From contig JAGATC010000017.1 of NCBI GenBank assembly GCA_017621455.1, positions 113,172 to 177,171 of the forward strand: 64,000 nucleotides of DNA. Reading direction: 5' to 3'. Every line of letters starts with the position of its first letter. The first letter of the stretch is position 1. Origin of the DNA: Alistipes sp. (GTDB lineage: Bacteria > Bacteroidota > Bacteroidia > Bacteroidales > Rikenellaceae). A program made the position numbers and the translations under genes. Below the pieces are notes generated by a model. The model searched no databases. It had not been told where the DNA came from and saw only the letters and a list, made by a program, of their open reading frames with translations. Shown here piece after piece: positions 49,168 through 58,234 of the stretch.

Positions 49168-50055
49168 TTAATACCTTACCTTAAAATAGTCGAGTACCGC
49201 TTTGTAGTTATCTTGTGCCGTTAGGCAGGTATCGCGCAGATACTCCTTAATGCGAGGCCACTCACGCAGACCACGATAGTAGAACATTTTTAGTTCATCG
49301 GTGATGATAAATGGCACATGGCCATTTGCCAGGCACTCCTTGAACATCACAAGGCGGCCTACACGACCATTGCCATCCTGGAATGGGTGTATCGCCTCGA
49401 AACGCTGATGCAGGTCGATAATATCCTCGAATGACTTTCGCTTCTTGCCGTTATACTCCTTGAAGAGTGCCTTTATCTCACGATGTACATCTTCGGGTGC
49501 GGTGGTCTCGTTGCCACCCACCTCGTTAGGGAGACGTTTATAGTCGCCAACGGTAAACCAATCCTTGCGACTATCCGAAGTGCCCATCTTTAGCGTCGAG
49601 TGCAACTCCTTGATAAGGCTCTCGGTAAGTCGCTCCTCTGCTCGGTCGATAATAAGGTCGATGCAACGGAAGTGATTAGTAGTCTCGATGATATCATCCA
49701 CACGCACGCTCTCACCCTCGATGCCAATAGTATTGGTCTCGAAGATGTAGCGTGTCTGGTCGTGTGTCAGACGACTGCCCTCGATATGGTTGGAGTTATA
49801 TGTAAGGTCGATTTGTGTCTTGTGATAGATGCCACCTTTGAGCTTCGCTTCCTTCTCTTGGCGCAGAACAACAAGCAATGGCATCGCCTTGCGCTGCCGA
49901 GGCTTACGCCCTGGCAACTCCGCATCGGCAGGGATGTTCCACGTCTTACCCACAAGGGTTGCGCCCTCAATCTTTCCGAGAGCACAATAATTACGCGCTG
50001 TACGCTCCGAGACGCCATACTTGGCAGCAAAATCTGTTACTGAAATATACTTCAT
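49168..50055 (-). CDS. HTH + Fic family protein
   Basis: N-terminal HTH (VSERTARNYC); HPFQDGNGRVGR Fic motif. Confidence 0.92.
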   Translation of the reverse strand: MKYISVTDFAAKYGVSERTARNYCALGKIEGATLVGKTWNIPADAELPGRKPRQRKAMPLLVVLRQEKEAKLKGGIYHKTQIDLTYNSNHIEGSRLTHDQTRYIFETNTIGIEGESVRVDDIIETTNHFRCIDLIIDRAEERLTESLIKELHSTLKMGTSDSRKDWFTVGDYKRLPNEVGGNETTAPEDVHREIKALFKEYNGKKRKSFEDIIDLHQRFEAIHPFQDGNGRVGRLVMFKECLANGHVPFIITDELKMFYYRGLREWPRIKEYLRDTCLTAQDNYKAVLDYFKVRY

Positions 50056-50311
50056 ACGCTACGACTATCGGCAAGTTTAAGGCCGATTACTCGATGCAAA
50101 TATAGCAATTCTTGCCGATAACGGCAAATTAATCCTGTGTTTTCAATGATTTATTTACCTCATTATATCTTTCCCTTATAGCGCCATAAGAATATATGAT
50201 TAATGATTTTAACCAAAAACACTTGTGCTTTTATTTTTTATTTATACTTTTGCATCGGAATAATATTTGATTATACCGTAAGCAAACAAAATAAATAAAA
50301 GATATACTACT

Positions 50312-50902
50312 ATGAACATTAGAACAAAGAGCTGCTGCTGCAGCGCGAACAAGCAGAAGTCAATCTACGATTTTGAGGTAATGGCAATGGGAGGCAAGAG
50401 TGTTAGCCTCGCAGACTACAAGGGTAAGGTATTGCTTATCGTAAACACCGCGAGCAAGTGTGGCTTCACACCACAGTATGCCGACCTTGAGGCTATCAAC
50501 AAGCGTTTTGCCGACAAGGGTCTTGCCATCCTCGACTTCCCCTGCAACCAGTTTGGCAACCAGTCACCCGAGAGCGATGCCGAGACTGTGCAGTTCTGCC
50601 AGCTAAACTACGGCACCACCTTCCCACAGTTCAAGAAGCTCGAGGTGAATGGCGAGAATGAGGCGCCGCTCTACACATGGCTTAAGGGCCAGAAGGGCTT
50701 TGCGGGCTTCGACAAGGATCACACCCTCACACCCATCCTCGAGAAGATGCTCGCGGAGGCCGACCCCGACTACGCATCGAAGGCCGACATCAAGTGGAAT
50801 TTTACCAAGTTTCTCGTTGACCGCGAGGGTAACGTCGTTGCGCGCTTCGAGCCCACAGCGCCGATGGAGAGCGTGGCAAGCGCCATCGAGGGCCTGCTAT
50901 AG
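50312..50902 (+). CDS. Glutathione peroxidase family (Cys type)
   Basis: NTASKCGFTPQY, FPCNQFG, WNFTKFL. Confidence 0.95.
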   Translation: MNIRTKSCCCSANKQKSIYDFEVMAMGGKSVSLADYKGKVLLIVNTASKCGFTPQYADLEAINKRFADKGLAILDFPCNQFGNQSPESDAETVQFCQLNYGTTFPQFKKLEVNGENEAPLYTWLKGQKGFAGFDKDHTLTPILEKMLAEADPDYASKADIKWNFTKFLVDREGNVVARFEPTAPMESVASAIEGLL

Positions 50903-51025
50903 TGGTTGCATAACACATACAACAAGTGCCGTTGGAGCTATCTCCGACGGCACTTGTTGTATTGGCATAGACGCTCTCCGCACCACATAAAAAAAAGAAA
51001 AGCGGCAACCTAAGTTACCGCCTTG

Positions 51026-51099
51026 TGACTCCGCCAGGATTCAAACCTGGAACCGCTTGATCCGTAGTCAAGTACTCTATTCAGTTGAGCTACGGAGCC
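51026..51099 (-). tRNA. tRNA-Arg(ACG)
   Basis: GGCTCCG acceptor stem; anticodon arm CTTGA-CTACGGA-TCAAG; GGTTTGAATCC T-arm. Confidence 0.95.
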
Positions 51100-51227
51100 A
51101 TTTCTTTGCTTTTGCGAGTGCAAATGTAGGGCAAATATTTCAATTCACCAAACTTTTTGCAATCTTTTTTCAAAAAAAATGTAGCGGCCGAAACCGCTAC
51201 ACTCTCTAAATGCTCTGTATCAGTCTA

Positions 51228-51722
51228 TTAGTCGAGGTATGACGAGAGTATTTTTTTTATATCCTCGCCGCGCAACTGTGTTGCAACAATCTCGCCCGAG
51301 GGCGAAACAAGGAAATTTGAGGGGATATACTCCACGCCATAGTCCGCGGCAGCCTTCGACTGGCCACCCTCATAGCCCCATACGTTCACCCACGTCATAC
51401 CGTTATCCTTAACGAAAGCCTTCCACGCACCCTCACGGCCGGGACCGCAGAGCGACACGCCATATATCTCAAGACCCTTGGCCTTGAACTCGGCGTATGC
51501 ATCCACAAGATGGGGAATCTCAGCACGGCAGGGGCCGCACCATGTAGCCCAGAAGTCTATGAGCACCCACTTGCCATCCTCCAGAAGCTCCGAAATAGTA
51601 ACAACGTTACCCTGGGCATCTGCGAGGCTGATGTCGGTATATTTGTCGCCCACCTCTGGCTTCGCAGCCATAGCCACGTTGATGGCCATAAGGCAGCAGA
51701 CAAGTGCAATAATTCTCTTCAT
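51228..51722 (-). CDS. TlpA-family disulfide reductase (secreted)
   Basis: Signal peptide; DFWATWCGPC. Confidence 0.9.
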   Translation of the reverse strand: MKRIIALVCCLMAINVAMAAKPEVGDKYTDISLADAQGNVVTISELLEDGKWVLIDFWATWCGPCRAEIPHLVDAYAEFKAKGLEIYGVSLCGPGREGAWKAFVKDNGMTWVNVWGYEGGQSKAAADYGVEYIPSNFLVSPSGEIVATQLRGEDIKKILSSYLD

Positions 51723-51757
51723 AGTCCTATAGTTATTAGTTGTTATGTAGCGCGATG

Positions 51758-52819
51758 CTACTTAATATGCTCGGCGAGAATCTTCTCTATATCCTCACCA
51801 CGCAAGTTCTTTGCCACAAGCTTACCCTCGGGCGAGTAGAGGAAGTTGGCGGGGATGGCGTTAACGTTGAGGTGCTTAGCCACGCTCCAGCCACCCTTCT
51901 CGTCTGTACCCCAGACGTTGATCCATGTCATGTTATTCTCCTCGACAAACTGCTTCCAACGCTCCTCAGTGCCATTGTTATCAAACGATACGCCGTAGAT
52001 CTCCAAGCCCTTGGGTGCGAACTTCTCGTACGCTGCTACAAGGTGGGGAATCTCACCACGGCAGGGGCCGCACCATGTTGCCCAGAAGTCAACAAGCACC
52101 CACTTGCCACTCTTGCAGAGCTCGGCAACGCTAACCTCGTTGCCTGCAGCGTTCTTAAGACGTATATCCACGAGGTCGGCACCGATGGCTGTATTCACAG
52201 CATTCTCCACCTGCGACTTCTGCTCCTGGTAGAGGTAGAGGTGGTCGAAGTCGCCCTCAATCATGTTGAAGAGCTCGGCATAGCGCACGCTGTCGCCACC
52301 AAACATATTGTAGTACTGCAAGAAATAGATAGCCGCCGCGCTATTCTTATTTGCCACGACAAAGTCGTCGATATAGCCAAGGATTGTCTCCTCCGTAGCT
52401 GACTCGTCGTATAGCACCTTCATAAAGCCATCCATAGCATCGCGGAGTTTGCTGTGGAGCTCAGAGCCCTCACAGTCAAATTGGTCCTTCTCGGCATTGT
52501 AGCTAACGGTCATATCGTTGCCATCCAAGGCCAACAGAGCCACGTGATTGTCGTTTATAGCGAGCGATGCAAACTGCACCTTATCGACATTGATGTCAAG
52601 GACGAAGCTCAAATCCTCGGCGATAGCAGTCTCGGCAATGACTTCGTCGCTACCCATAATCGTAATCTGCGCCTTGTCGCCAGCCTTTACGTGCTCCACA
52701 CCCTCGAAGTTACCCGAGATAGTGATGCCATCATCGACACTCTCCTTAACATTATTACCGCCACAGCTCACCATAAGAGCCAGGGCGAAAAACATAAAAA
52801 TCTTTTTCATTGTATTCAT
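51758..52819 (-). CDS. TlpA-family disulfide reductase lipoprotein with N-terminal extension
   Basis: Lipobox MVSC; DFWATWCGPC. Confidence 0.9.
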   Translation of the reverse strand: MNTMKKIFMFFALALMVSCGGNNVKESVDDGITISGNFEGVEHVKAGDKAQITIMGSDEVIAETAIAEDLSFVLDINVDKVQFASLAINDNHVALLALDGNDMTVSYNAEKDQFDCEGSELHSKLRDAMDGFMKVLYDESATEETILGYIDDFVVANKNSAAAIYFLQYYNMFGGDSVRYAELFNMIEGDFDHLYLYQEQKSQVENAVNTAIGADLVDIRLKNAAGNEVSVAELCKSGKWVLVDFWATWCGPCRGEIPHLVAAYEKFAPKGLEIYGVSFDNNGTEERWKQFVEENNMTWINVWGTDEKGGWSVAKHLNVNAIPANFLYSPEGKLVAKNLRGEDIEKILAEHIK

Positions 52820-52877
52820 AGCATTTAGGTTTTACACTCAGATATAACGCTAATATATAGGTCTTTATTGCGCCATA

Positions 52878-53489
52878 TCACTTTTTTACCCTATCGGGGT
52901 TCGACTCCACAAACGACTTCCAGGACGAACTGCCCTTGCGCGCCTTGCTGTCGCCACCTAAGCCCTTGCGCTTGTCGCCCGCTGTTAGGCGTGTAAGCAG
53001 ATTGGAGGTTGTAAACCAGTGACATAGCGCCACGGCCATACCATCCGTAGCATCGAGCTTACGCGGCTGGTAGTCGGTAGAGAGTATGGAGTTAATCATC
53101 GTTGCCACCTGCTGCTTCGATGCCGAGCCGCGACCCGTAATCGCCTGCTTGATACGCATCGGTGCATACTCTTCGATGGCTATATCGTGGCTCACACTCA
53201 AGACCGCAGCTATGGCGACACCCTGCGCTCTGCCCAGCTTAAGCATTGACTGCACATTCTCGCCAAAGAATGGCGACTCGAATGCCACCTCCGAGGGTTG
53301 GTAGGTCTCCACAAGATTACGCACACGCTCGAAGATATAGGCGAGCTTCTGGTGTGCATCCTTGATTTTGTGCATATCTATCTCGCCCATAACCAACGCC
53401 TCGGGCTTGCCATCGCGAATCTCGACAATGCCATAGCCCATATAGTTGGTACCGGGGTCGATGCCCATTATACGCACACACTCAGCCAC
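52878..53489 (-). CDS. ruvC: Holliday junction resolvase RuvC
   Basis: MGIDPG, FESPF, LKLGRAQG, KQAITGRGSASK, DATDG. Confidence 0.96.
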   Translation of the reverse strand: MAECVRIMGIDPGTNYMGYGIVEIRDGKPEALVMGEIDMHKIKDAHQKLAYIFERVRNLVETYQPSEVAFESPFFGENVQSMLKLGRAQGVAIAAVLSVSHDIAIEEYAPMRIKQAITGRGSASKQQVATMINSILSTDYQPRKLDATDGMAVALCHWFTTSNLLTRLTAGDKRKGLGGDSKARKGSSSWKSFVESNPDRVKK

Positions 53490-53493
53490 GTCG

Positions 53494-54525
53494 CTACTCC
53501 TCGAGTTTTGCTATGCGCTTCTCCATCTCGCGCATCTTCTGCGACATCTCGGGCAGCTGGCGGAATACGGCAAACGAGCGGTGATACTGCAAGCCAGGAA
53601 GTGCGGGATAGCCGAAGCGAATCTCGCCATCGGGGACATTCTTGTCGATGCCCGACTTCGAGCCTATCTGCACCTTGTTGCCTATGGTTACATGGTCAGC
53701 AACACCCACCTGACCCGCTACGAAGCAGTTAGAGCCAACCTTCGAGGTGCCAGCGATGCCCACCTGTGCCGACATAACGGTGTCGGAACCAATCTCCACG
53801 TTGTGGCCAATCTGTATGAGGTTGTCGAGCTTCACGCCGCGACGAATGATGGTAGAGTCGGTCTTAGCGCGGTCGATACATGTGTTTGCACCAAGCTCAA
53901 CGTCATCCTCGATGATGACATTACCGAGCTGAGGAATCTTAGCGAACGAGCCATCCTCACGGGGTGCGAAGCCGAAGCCATCAGCGCCAATAACAACACC
54001 CGCATGGAGGATGCAGTTCTTACCTACCGAGCAACCCTCATAAATCTTCACGCCAGGATAAATCTTCGTGCCCTCGCCAATGGTTACATTGTCGCCAATA
54101 TAGCACTGGGGATATATCTGCACGTTTGCGCCCACCTTAGCACCCGCCTCGATAACGGTAAAGTCACCCACGTAGCAGTCGTCACCCACGGTGGCACCCT
54201 CGTTTATTGACGCGAGCTTCGAGATACCCGTCTTGCGGGGACGCGTAGCGTTATACATCTCAAGGAGGTTGAGCACGCACTGACCCACGTTCTCCACCTT
54301 GATAAGCGTGGTCTTCACCTCATCCTTAGGTTCAAACGTATTGTCTACCAAGACGATAGAGGCCTCAGTGGTATAGACATACTGCTCATATTTGGGATTA
54401 GTTAGATATGCCAACGAACCGGCCTTACCGCCGTCGATGGATGATACGGTTGAAACTGTGGCGTTCTTGTCGCCCACGATTGTGCCGTTAAGTAGTCCGG
54501 CAATCATCTCTGCTGTAAACTGCAT
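53494..54525 (-). CDS. lpxD: UDP-3-O-acylglucosamine N-acyltransferase
   Basis: Hexapeptide repeats, [28 protein letters not shown]. Confidence 0.96.
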   Translation of the reverse strand: MQFTAEMIAGLLNGTIVGDKNATVSTVSSIDGGKAGSLAYLTNPKYEQYVYTTEASIVLVDNTFEPKDEVKTTLIKVENVGQCVLNLLEMYNATRPRKTGISKLASINEGATVGDDCYVGDFTVIEAGAKVGANVQIYPQCYIGDNVTIGEGTKIYPGVKIYEGCSVGKNCILHAGVVIGADGFGFAPREDGSFAKIPQLGNVIIEDDVELGANTCIDRAKTDSTIIRRGVKLDNLIQIGHNVEIGSDTVMSAQVGIAGTSKVGSNCFVAGQVGVADHVTIGNKVQIGSKSGIDKNVPDGEIRFGYPALPGLQYHRSFAVFRQLPEMSQKMREMEKRIAKLEE

Positions 54526-54564
54526 CTCTATTTTCGTAGTTAATTATTTACACTGTGTTGTTGC

Positions 54565-55059
54565 CTATAGGTAGTCCTCGAGGCGTATGCCTTTGGGTAG
54601 CAGTCCTTCGGTCGTATGACCAAAGGCATGTAGCTCTCTTACGAGCGACGAGCTGATGTGCTCCAACTCTGCGGGGGCGATAAGCACCACGGTAGATATA
54701 TCGCTGAACACATGGCTGTTAGCATGTGCTAAGGTGCGCTCATAGTCGAAGTCGGCAGCGTTGCGTGCGCTGCGAATCATCGCCGTAGCACCCACACGAC
54801 GCGCCTCGTCACCCGTAAGCGAGGTGTAGGTGGTGACCTCCACACGGTCGTCACCCTCGTAGACACGTTCAATAAGCGCCTTACGCGCCTCTACCGACAG
54901 CATGCCGCGCTTCTGGGGGTTGTAACCGATGGCTACGACCACCCTATCGAAGAGCTTCAGTGCCTCCTCTACCACAGCCTGATGGCCACGTGTGAATGGA
55001 TCGAACGACCCAGGGAATATTGCAACTCGCTGCATACCTATATTAATACAATTTTGCAA
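54565..55059 (-). CDS. coaD: Phosphopantetheine adenylyltransferase
   Basis: FPGSFDPFTRGH, ISSSLVREL. Confidence 0.95.
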   Translation of the reverse strand: MQNCINIGMQRVAIFPGSFDPFTRGHQAVVEEALKLFDRVVVAIGYNPQKRGMLSVEARKALIERVYEGDDRVEVTTYTSLTGDEARRVGATAMIRSARNAADFDYERTLAHANSHVFSDISTVVLIAPAELEHISSSLVRELHAFGHTTEGLLPKGIRLEDYL

Positions 55060-55167
55060 AGATAGTAATTTTTCTCTTTAACACACACATATATGGCAAA
55101 AAAGTAGGGAGATTGGGAGAAATGTAAAAAACAAAAGCGGAAGAGCTAAACTCCTCCGCTTCTCTCG

Positions 55168-55251
55168 TGCCCAGGACAAGACTCGAACTTGCACGAGCTA
55201 ATGCTCACTACCCCCTCAAAGTAGCGTGTCTACCAATTTCACCACCTGGGC
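55168..55251 (-). tRNA. tRNA-Leu(GAG)
   Basis: GCCCAGG acceptor stem; anticodon loop TTGAGGG; long variable arm; GTTCGAGTC T-loop. Confidence 0.95.
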
Positions 55252-55387
55252 TTTGTGGTTTGGGTGTGCAAATGTAGTAACTATTTTCTAATCTGCAAAC
55301 TTTTTTGCGAAAAAGTTTTAGTAAAAAATAAGGCTCCGCATCTAATCGACTGATGCAGAGCCTTATAGTAATAGAGTAGTTTTGTTA

Positions 55388-56683
55388 TTAATTTAGGCCG
55401 AACTCATGCTTTAGGCGGTCAACCTCATCAATCTTCTCCCACGAGAAGAACTCAACCTCCTTAGCGAACTCCTTGCCCTTATCGCCCACGAAGCGTACAA
55501 GCTCGGTGTAGGGGCGACGACCAAAGTGGCCATACGAAGCTGTAGCCTCGAAGATGGGATACTTCAAACCGAAGCGCTCGACGATAGCTGCGGGGCGTAG
55601 GTCGAATAGTGCGCTAATCTTGGCAGCAATCTCGCCATCGGTCATATCTACATTTGCCGTGCCGTAGGTGTCGACATATACCGAGAGGGGCTGTGCGATA
55701 CCTATGGCGTAGCTCACCTGTACCAACACCTCGCGTGCGATGCCCGCAGCAACCATATTCTTAGCAATGTGGCGTGCTGCATAGGCTGCCGAGCGGTCCA
55801 CCTTCGACGAATCCTTACCCGAGAAGGCACCACCACCGTGTGCGCCACGGCCACCGTAGGTATCGACAATAATCTTACGGCCAGTAAGGCCAGTGTCGCC
55901 ATGAGGACCGCCGATTACGAACTTACCCGTGGGGTTAACGTGAAGGATGTAGTCGTCGCCAATAAGCTCTGCCACCTTGTCGCCCGCGCGCTCCAGGCGT
56001 GCCTTAACGCGGGGGATAAGGATGTTACGCACATCGTCGGCAATGATGCGCTGCATCTCGCGCTCGGCCTCGGCCTCGGTACGAGTGCGTGTGGGCAGGA
56101 TAAACTCGTCGTGCTGCGTAGATACCACGATGGTATGCACACGCTTAGGACGGCGGTCGTCACCATACTCTATGGTCACCTGACTCTTAGAGTCGGGACG
56201 TAGGTAGGTCATAAACTCGCCACCACGGCGGATGTCTGCCAACTCCTTGAGGATGACGTGCGAAAGGATAAGCGTTGCGGGCATAAGCTCGCGTGACTCA
56301 TCCACAGCGTAGCCAAACATGATACCCTGGTCGCCAGCACCCTGGTCCTCGCCATCCTTGCGGTCTACGCCCTGGTTGATGTCTGCCGACTGCTCGTGGA
56401 TTGCCGAGAGTACGCCACACGATGCTGCATCGAACTGATACTCGCTGCGGTTGTATCCTATGCGGTCGATAACGCGGCGTGCCACGCCCTGGATGTCAAC
56501 ATAACCCTCCGAGCGTACCTCACCCGAAACGACAGTTAAGCCTGTGGTACACAGCGTCTCGCATGCCACCTTAGAGTTAAGGTCGCGACGGAGAAACTCG
56601 TCGAGGATAGCGTCTGAAATCTGATCGGCCACCTTATCGGGGTGACCCTCTGAAACTGATTCTGATGTGAATAAAAAAGCCAT
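55388..56683 (-). CDS. metK: S-adenosylmethionine synthetase
   Basis: [45 protein letters not shown]. Confidence 0.98.
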   Translation of the reverse strand: MAFLFTSESVSEGHPDKVADQISDAILDEFLRRDLNSKVACETLCTTGLTVVSGEVRSEGYVDIQGVARRVIDRIGYNRSEYQFDAASCGVLSAIHEQSADINQGVDRKDGEDQGAGDQGIMFGYAVDESRELMPATLILSHVILKELADIRRGGEFMTYLRPDSKSQVTIEYGDDRRPKRVHTIVVSTQHDEFILPTRTRTEAEAEREMQRIIADDVRNILIPRVKARLERAGDKVAELIGDDYILHVNPTGKFVIGGPHGDTGLTGRKIIVDTYGGRGAHGGGAFSGKDSSKVDRSAAYAARHIAKNMVAAGIAREVLVQVSYAIGIAQPLSVYVDTYGTANVDMTDGEIAAKISALFDLRPAAIVERFGLKYPIFEATASYGHFGRRPYTELVRFVGDKGKEFAKEVEFFSWEKIDEVDRLKHEFGLN

Positions 56684-56739
56684 ACGTTAAATTCAATTAC
56701 AAGTTATAAACGTATGGAAGGGGAATTGCGTATAAAATA

Positions 56740-56790
56740 TGCCTTTTAGCAATTTTTTATTGTGGTTGCAATAAGTCCAAATCCTTCCAC
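56740..56790 (-). promoter_or_regulatory. SAM-II-type riboswitch in the metK leader
   Basis: GUGG-AAG-GAUUU-GGACUUAU-UGCAA-CCAC-AAUAAAAAAU-UGCUAAAAGG matches the SAM-II core (P1 GUGG/CCAC); TACCTTTG promoter box at 56806-56813. Confidence 0.75.
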
Positions 56791-56918
56791 ATTGGTTTTC
56801 GGCTGCAAAGGTAATAAAAAAAAGTGACGGGCAAATATTTCGGTAAAATTATTTTCTTATAGTGACATAGGCAGGGCTGATAGCATAATCGGAGAGGGGT
56901 GCTATTAGCACCACAAAC

Positions 56919-57120
56919 TAATTTTTATGAGAAGAGATTAGATCTTTCGACTACGCTTCGCTACGCTCAAGATGACATGTAGTGAGGCCCCCACGACCTA
57001 ATTTCTTGTCAGAAGGGGTTAGGCTTGGTCTATCACAAGCAAGATAGTACAAAGACGTACAGCCTGCGACACTCTACTTTTAGTGATGGGCCGAGAATGA
57101 CACCTTATCACAAGAAATTA
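56919..57120. mobile_element. Composite repeat: REP-like palindrome unit plus family A MITE-like copy 5
   Basis: AGATCTTTCGACTACGCTTCGCTACGCTCAAGATGAC unit, then TAATTTCTTGTCAGAAGGGG...CCTTATCACAAGAAATTA. Confidence 0.7.
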
Positions 57121-58226
57121 TGCAGTAGGTAGCTAATCTTATCACTCGGACACTCATCCTCTCTTACGCGTGTGGCGTAGCCATCCTTGCTGATTACCAC
57201 GCGCTTTGTGGGGCTTTGGTTCTCCACGGCTATATCTATATGGAACTCGCCCTGGCTATTGGTGGTGGCGGTCACGCCCTCCACATCGACGGTAACACCC
57301 TCAATAGGGATGCCATTGTCATCGAGGACAACACCAGCATAAGTACCGAAGCTATCATCGCGGCTGAGCGCTATGGCAACGCTGTTACTTATGCCTGCAG
57401 TGAGAGGAATGGGCTCCACTATATCGTTATAGTATGTCGCAGCGAAACGCAGCTCCACATCACGCAGACGATAGTAGCCTGGGAGGTCATCAATAACAAC
57501 ACTCTGGTCGAATGATGCAATGCTATATTTACGCCCCGCAACCTCGATATAAGCCTCCTCGGGCATGGGGAGGTTGTTGTGGTTTGCGTCGCGTAGCTCT
57601 ATGGTTAGCGACACAGGTACTGCAAACCAGTAGATGAGAAATAGCGAGAATAGGCCAAGAGTACTACCCAACAGCGTGTTGCGTCGACGCTCCCTGAGGT
57701 GACGGCGCCACAGCTCGTCAAACTCAATGTCAAGCATGCGCGACACCACACGGATATATGCCTTGGTTGCCCCAGCCTCGCGTATATCTACGCTAAGCAG
57801 CTCCTTATCTGGATTCGCCGCGTAGTGGTCGCGAAGTACGGGAGGTATGGGGTTGTCGGCACCCTCGGAGGTGATGTCACCACCAACGATAAAGGGTATG
57901 ATATACTCATCCCTACCCCACTCCAAAAAGGTACGTATCTCGTTGTTCACCCACTCTGAGGCCGCCGCCTGCGGGGAGCATACAACGATAAGGAACTTGG
58001 AGCTATCGAGGTGCTTGCGTAGCTCATGGTTTAGAACACCAGCCCCCAGGTCGGCACGGTCGCGAAAGATGGGACGCAGATAGCGGCTATCCTCAAACTC
58101 GTTGTGTATCTCAGCAGGAAGTTTATACGACTCCAACCTACGCTGTAGCCATCGGGCATGTCGTGTATCGCGGTGGCTATAGCTGATGAAGGCGTACTTC
58201 TTACGTGCTGTGTGCATCTCGGCCAT
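57108..58226 (-). CDS. TIR-domain membrane protein (TIR - TM - predicted periplasmic beta-sandwich domains)
   Basis: AFISYSHRD, IFRDRADL, LIVVCSPQAAASEWVNNEI; TM LLGSTLGLFSLFLIYWFAV; C-terminal GVVLDDNGIPIEGVTV...TTNSQGEF. Confidence 0.88.
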   Translation of the reverse strand: MAEMHTARKKYAFISYSHRDTRHARWLQRRLESYKLPAEIHNEFEDSRYLRPIFRDRADLGAGVLNHELRKHLDSSKFLIVVCSPQAAASEWVNNEIRTFLEWGRDEYIIPFIVGGDITSEGADNPIPPVLRDHYAANPDKELLSVDIREAGATKAYIRVVSRMLDIEFDELWRRHLRERRRNTLLGSTLGLFSLFLIYWFAVPVSLTIELRDANHNNLPMPEEAYIEVAGRKYSIASFDQSVVIDDLPGYYRLRDVELRFAATYYNDIVEPIPLTAGISNSVAIALSRDDSFGTYAGVVLDDNGIPIEGVTVDVEGVTATTNSQGEFHIDIAVENQSPTKRVVISKDGYATRVREDECPSDKISYLLHNFL

Positions 58227-58234
58227 GGTAGAGA

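Noticed and set aside
50312-50902. Selenocysteine glutathione peroxidase
   Set aside because: The active-site codon is TGT (Cys), not TGA.
51026-51099. tRNA-Arg as the attachment site for the 44.5-50.1 kb island
   Set aside because: No duplicated tRNA 3' end was seen at the other border, no integrase is present, and gpx lies between them.
55168-55251. tRNA-Leu as the attachment site for the TIR/TPR cassette
   Set aside because: metK intervenes and no att duplication of the tRNA end was found.
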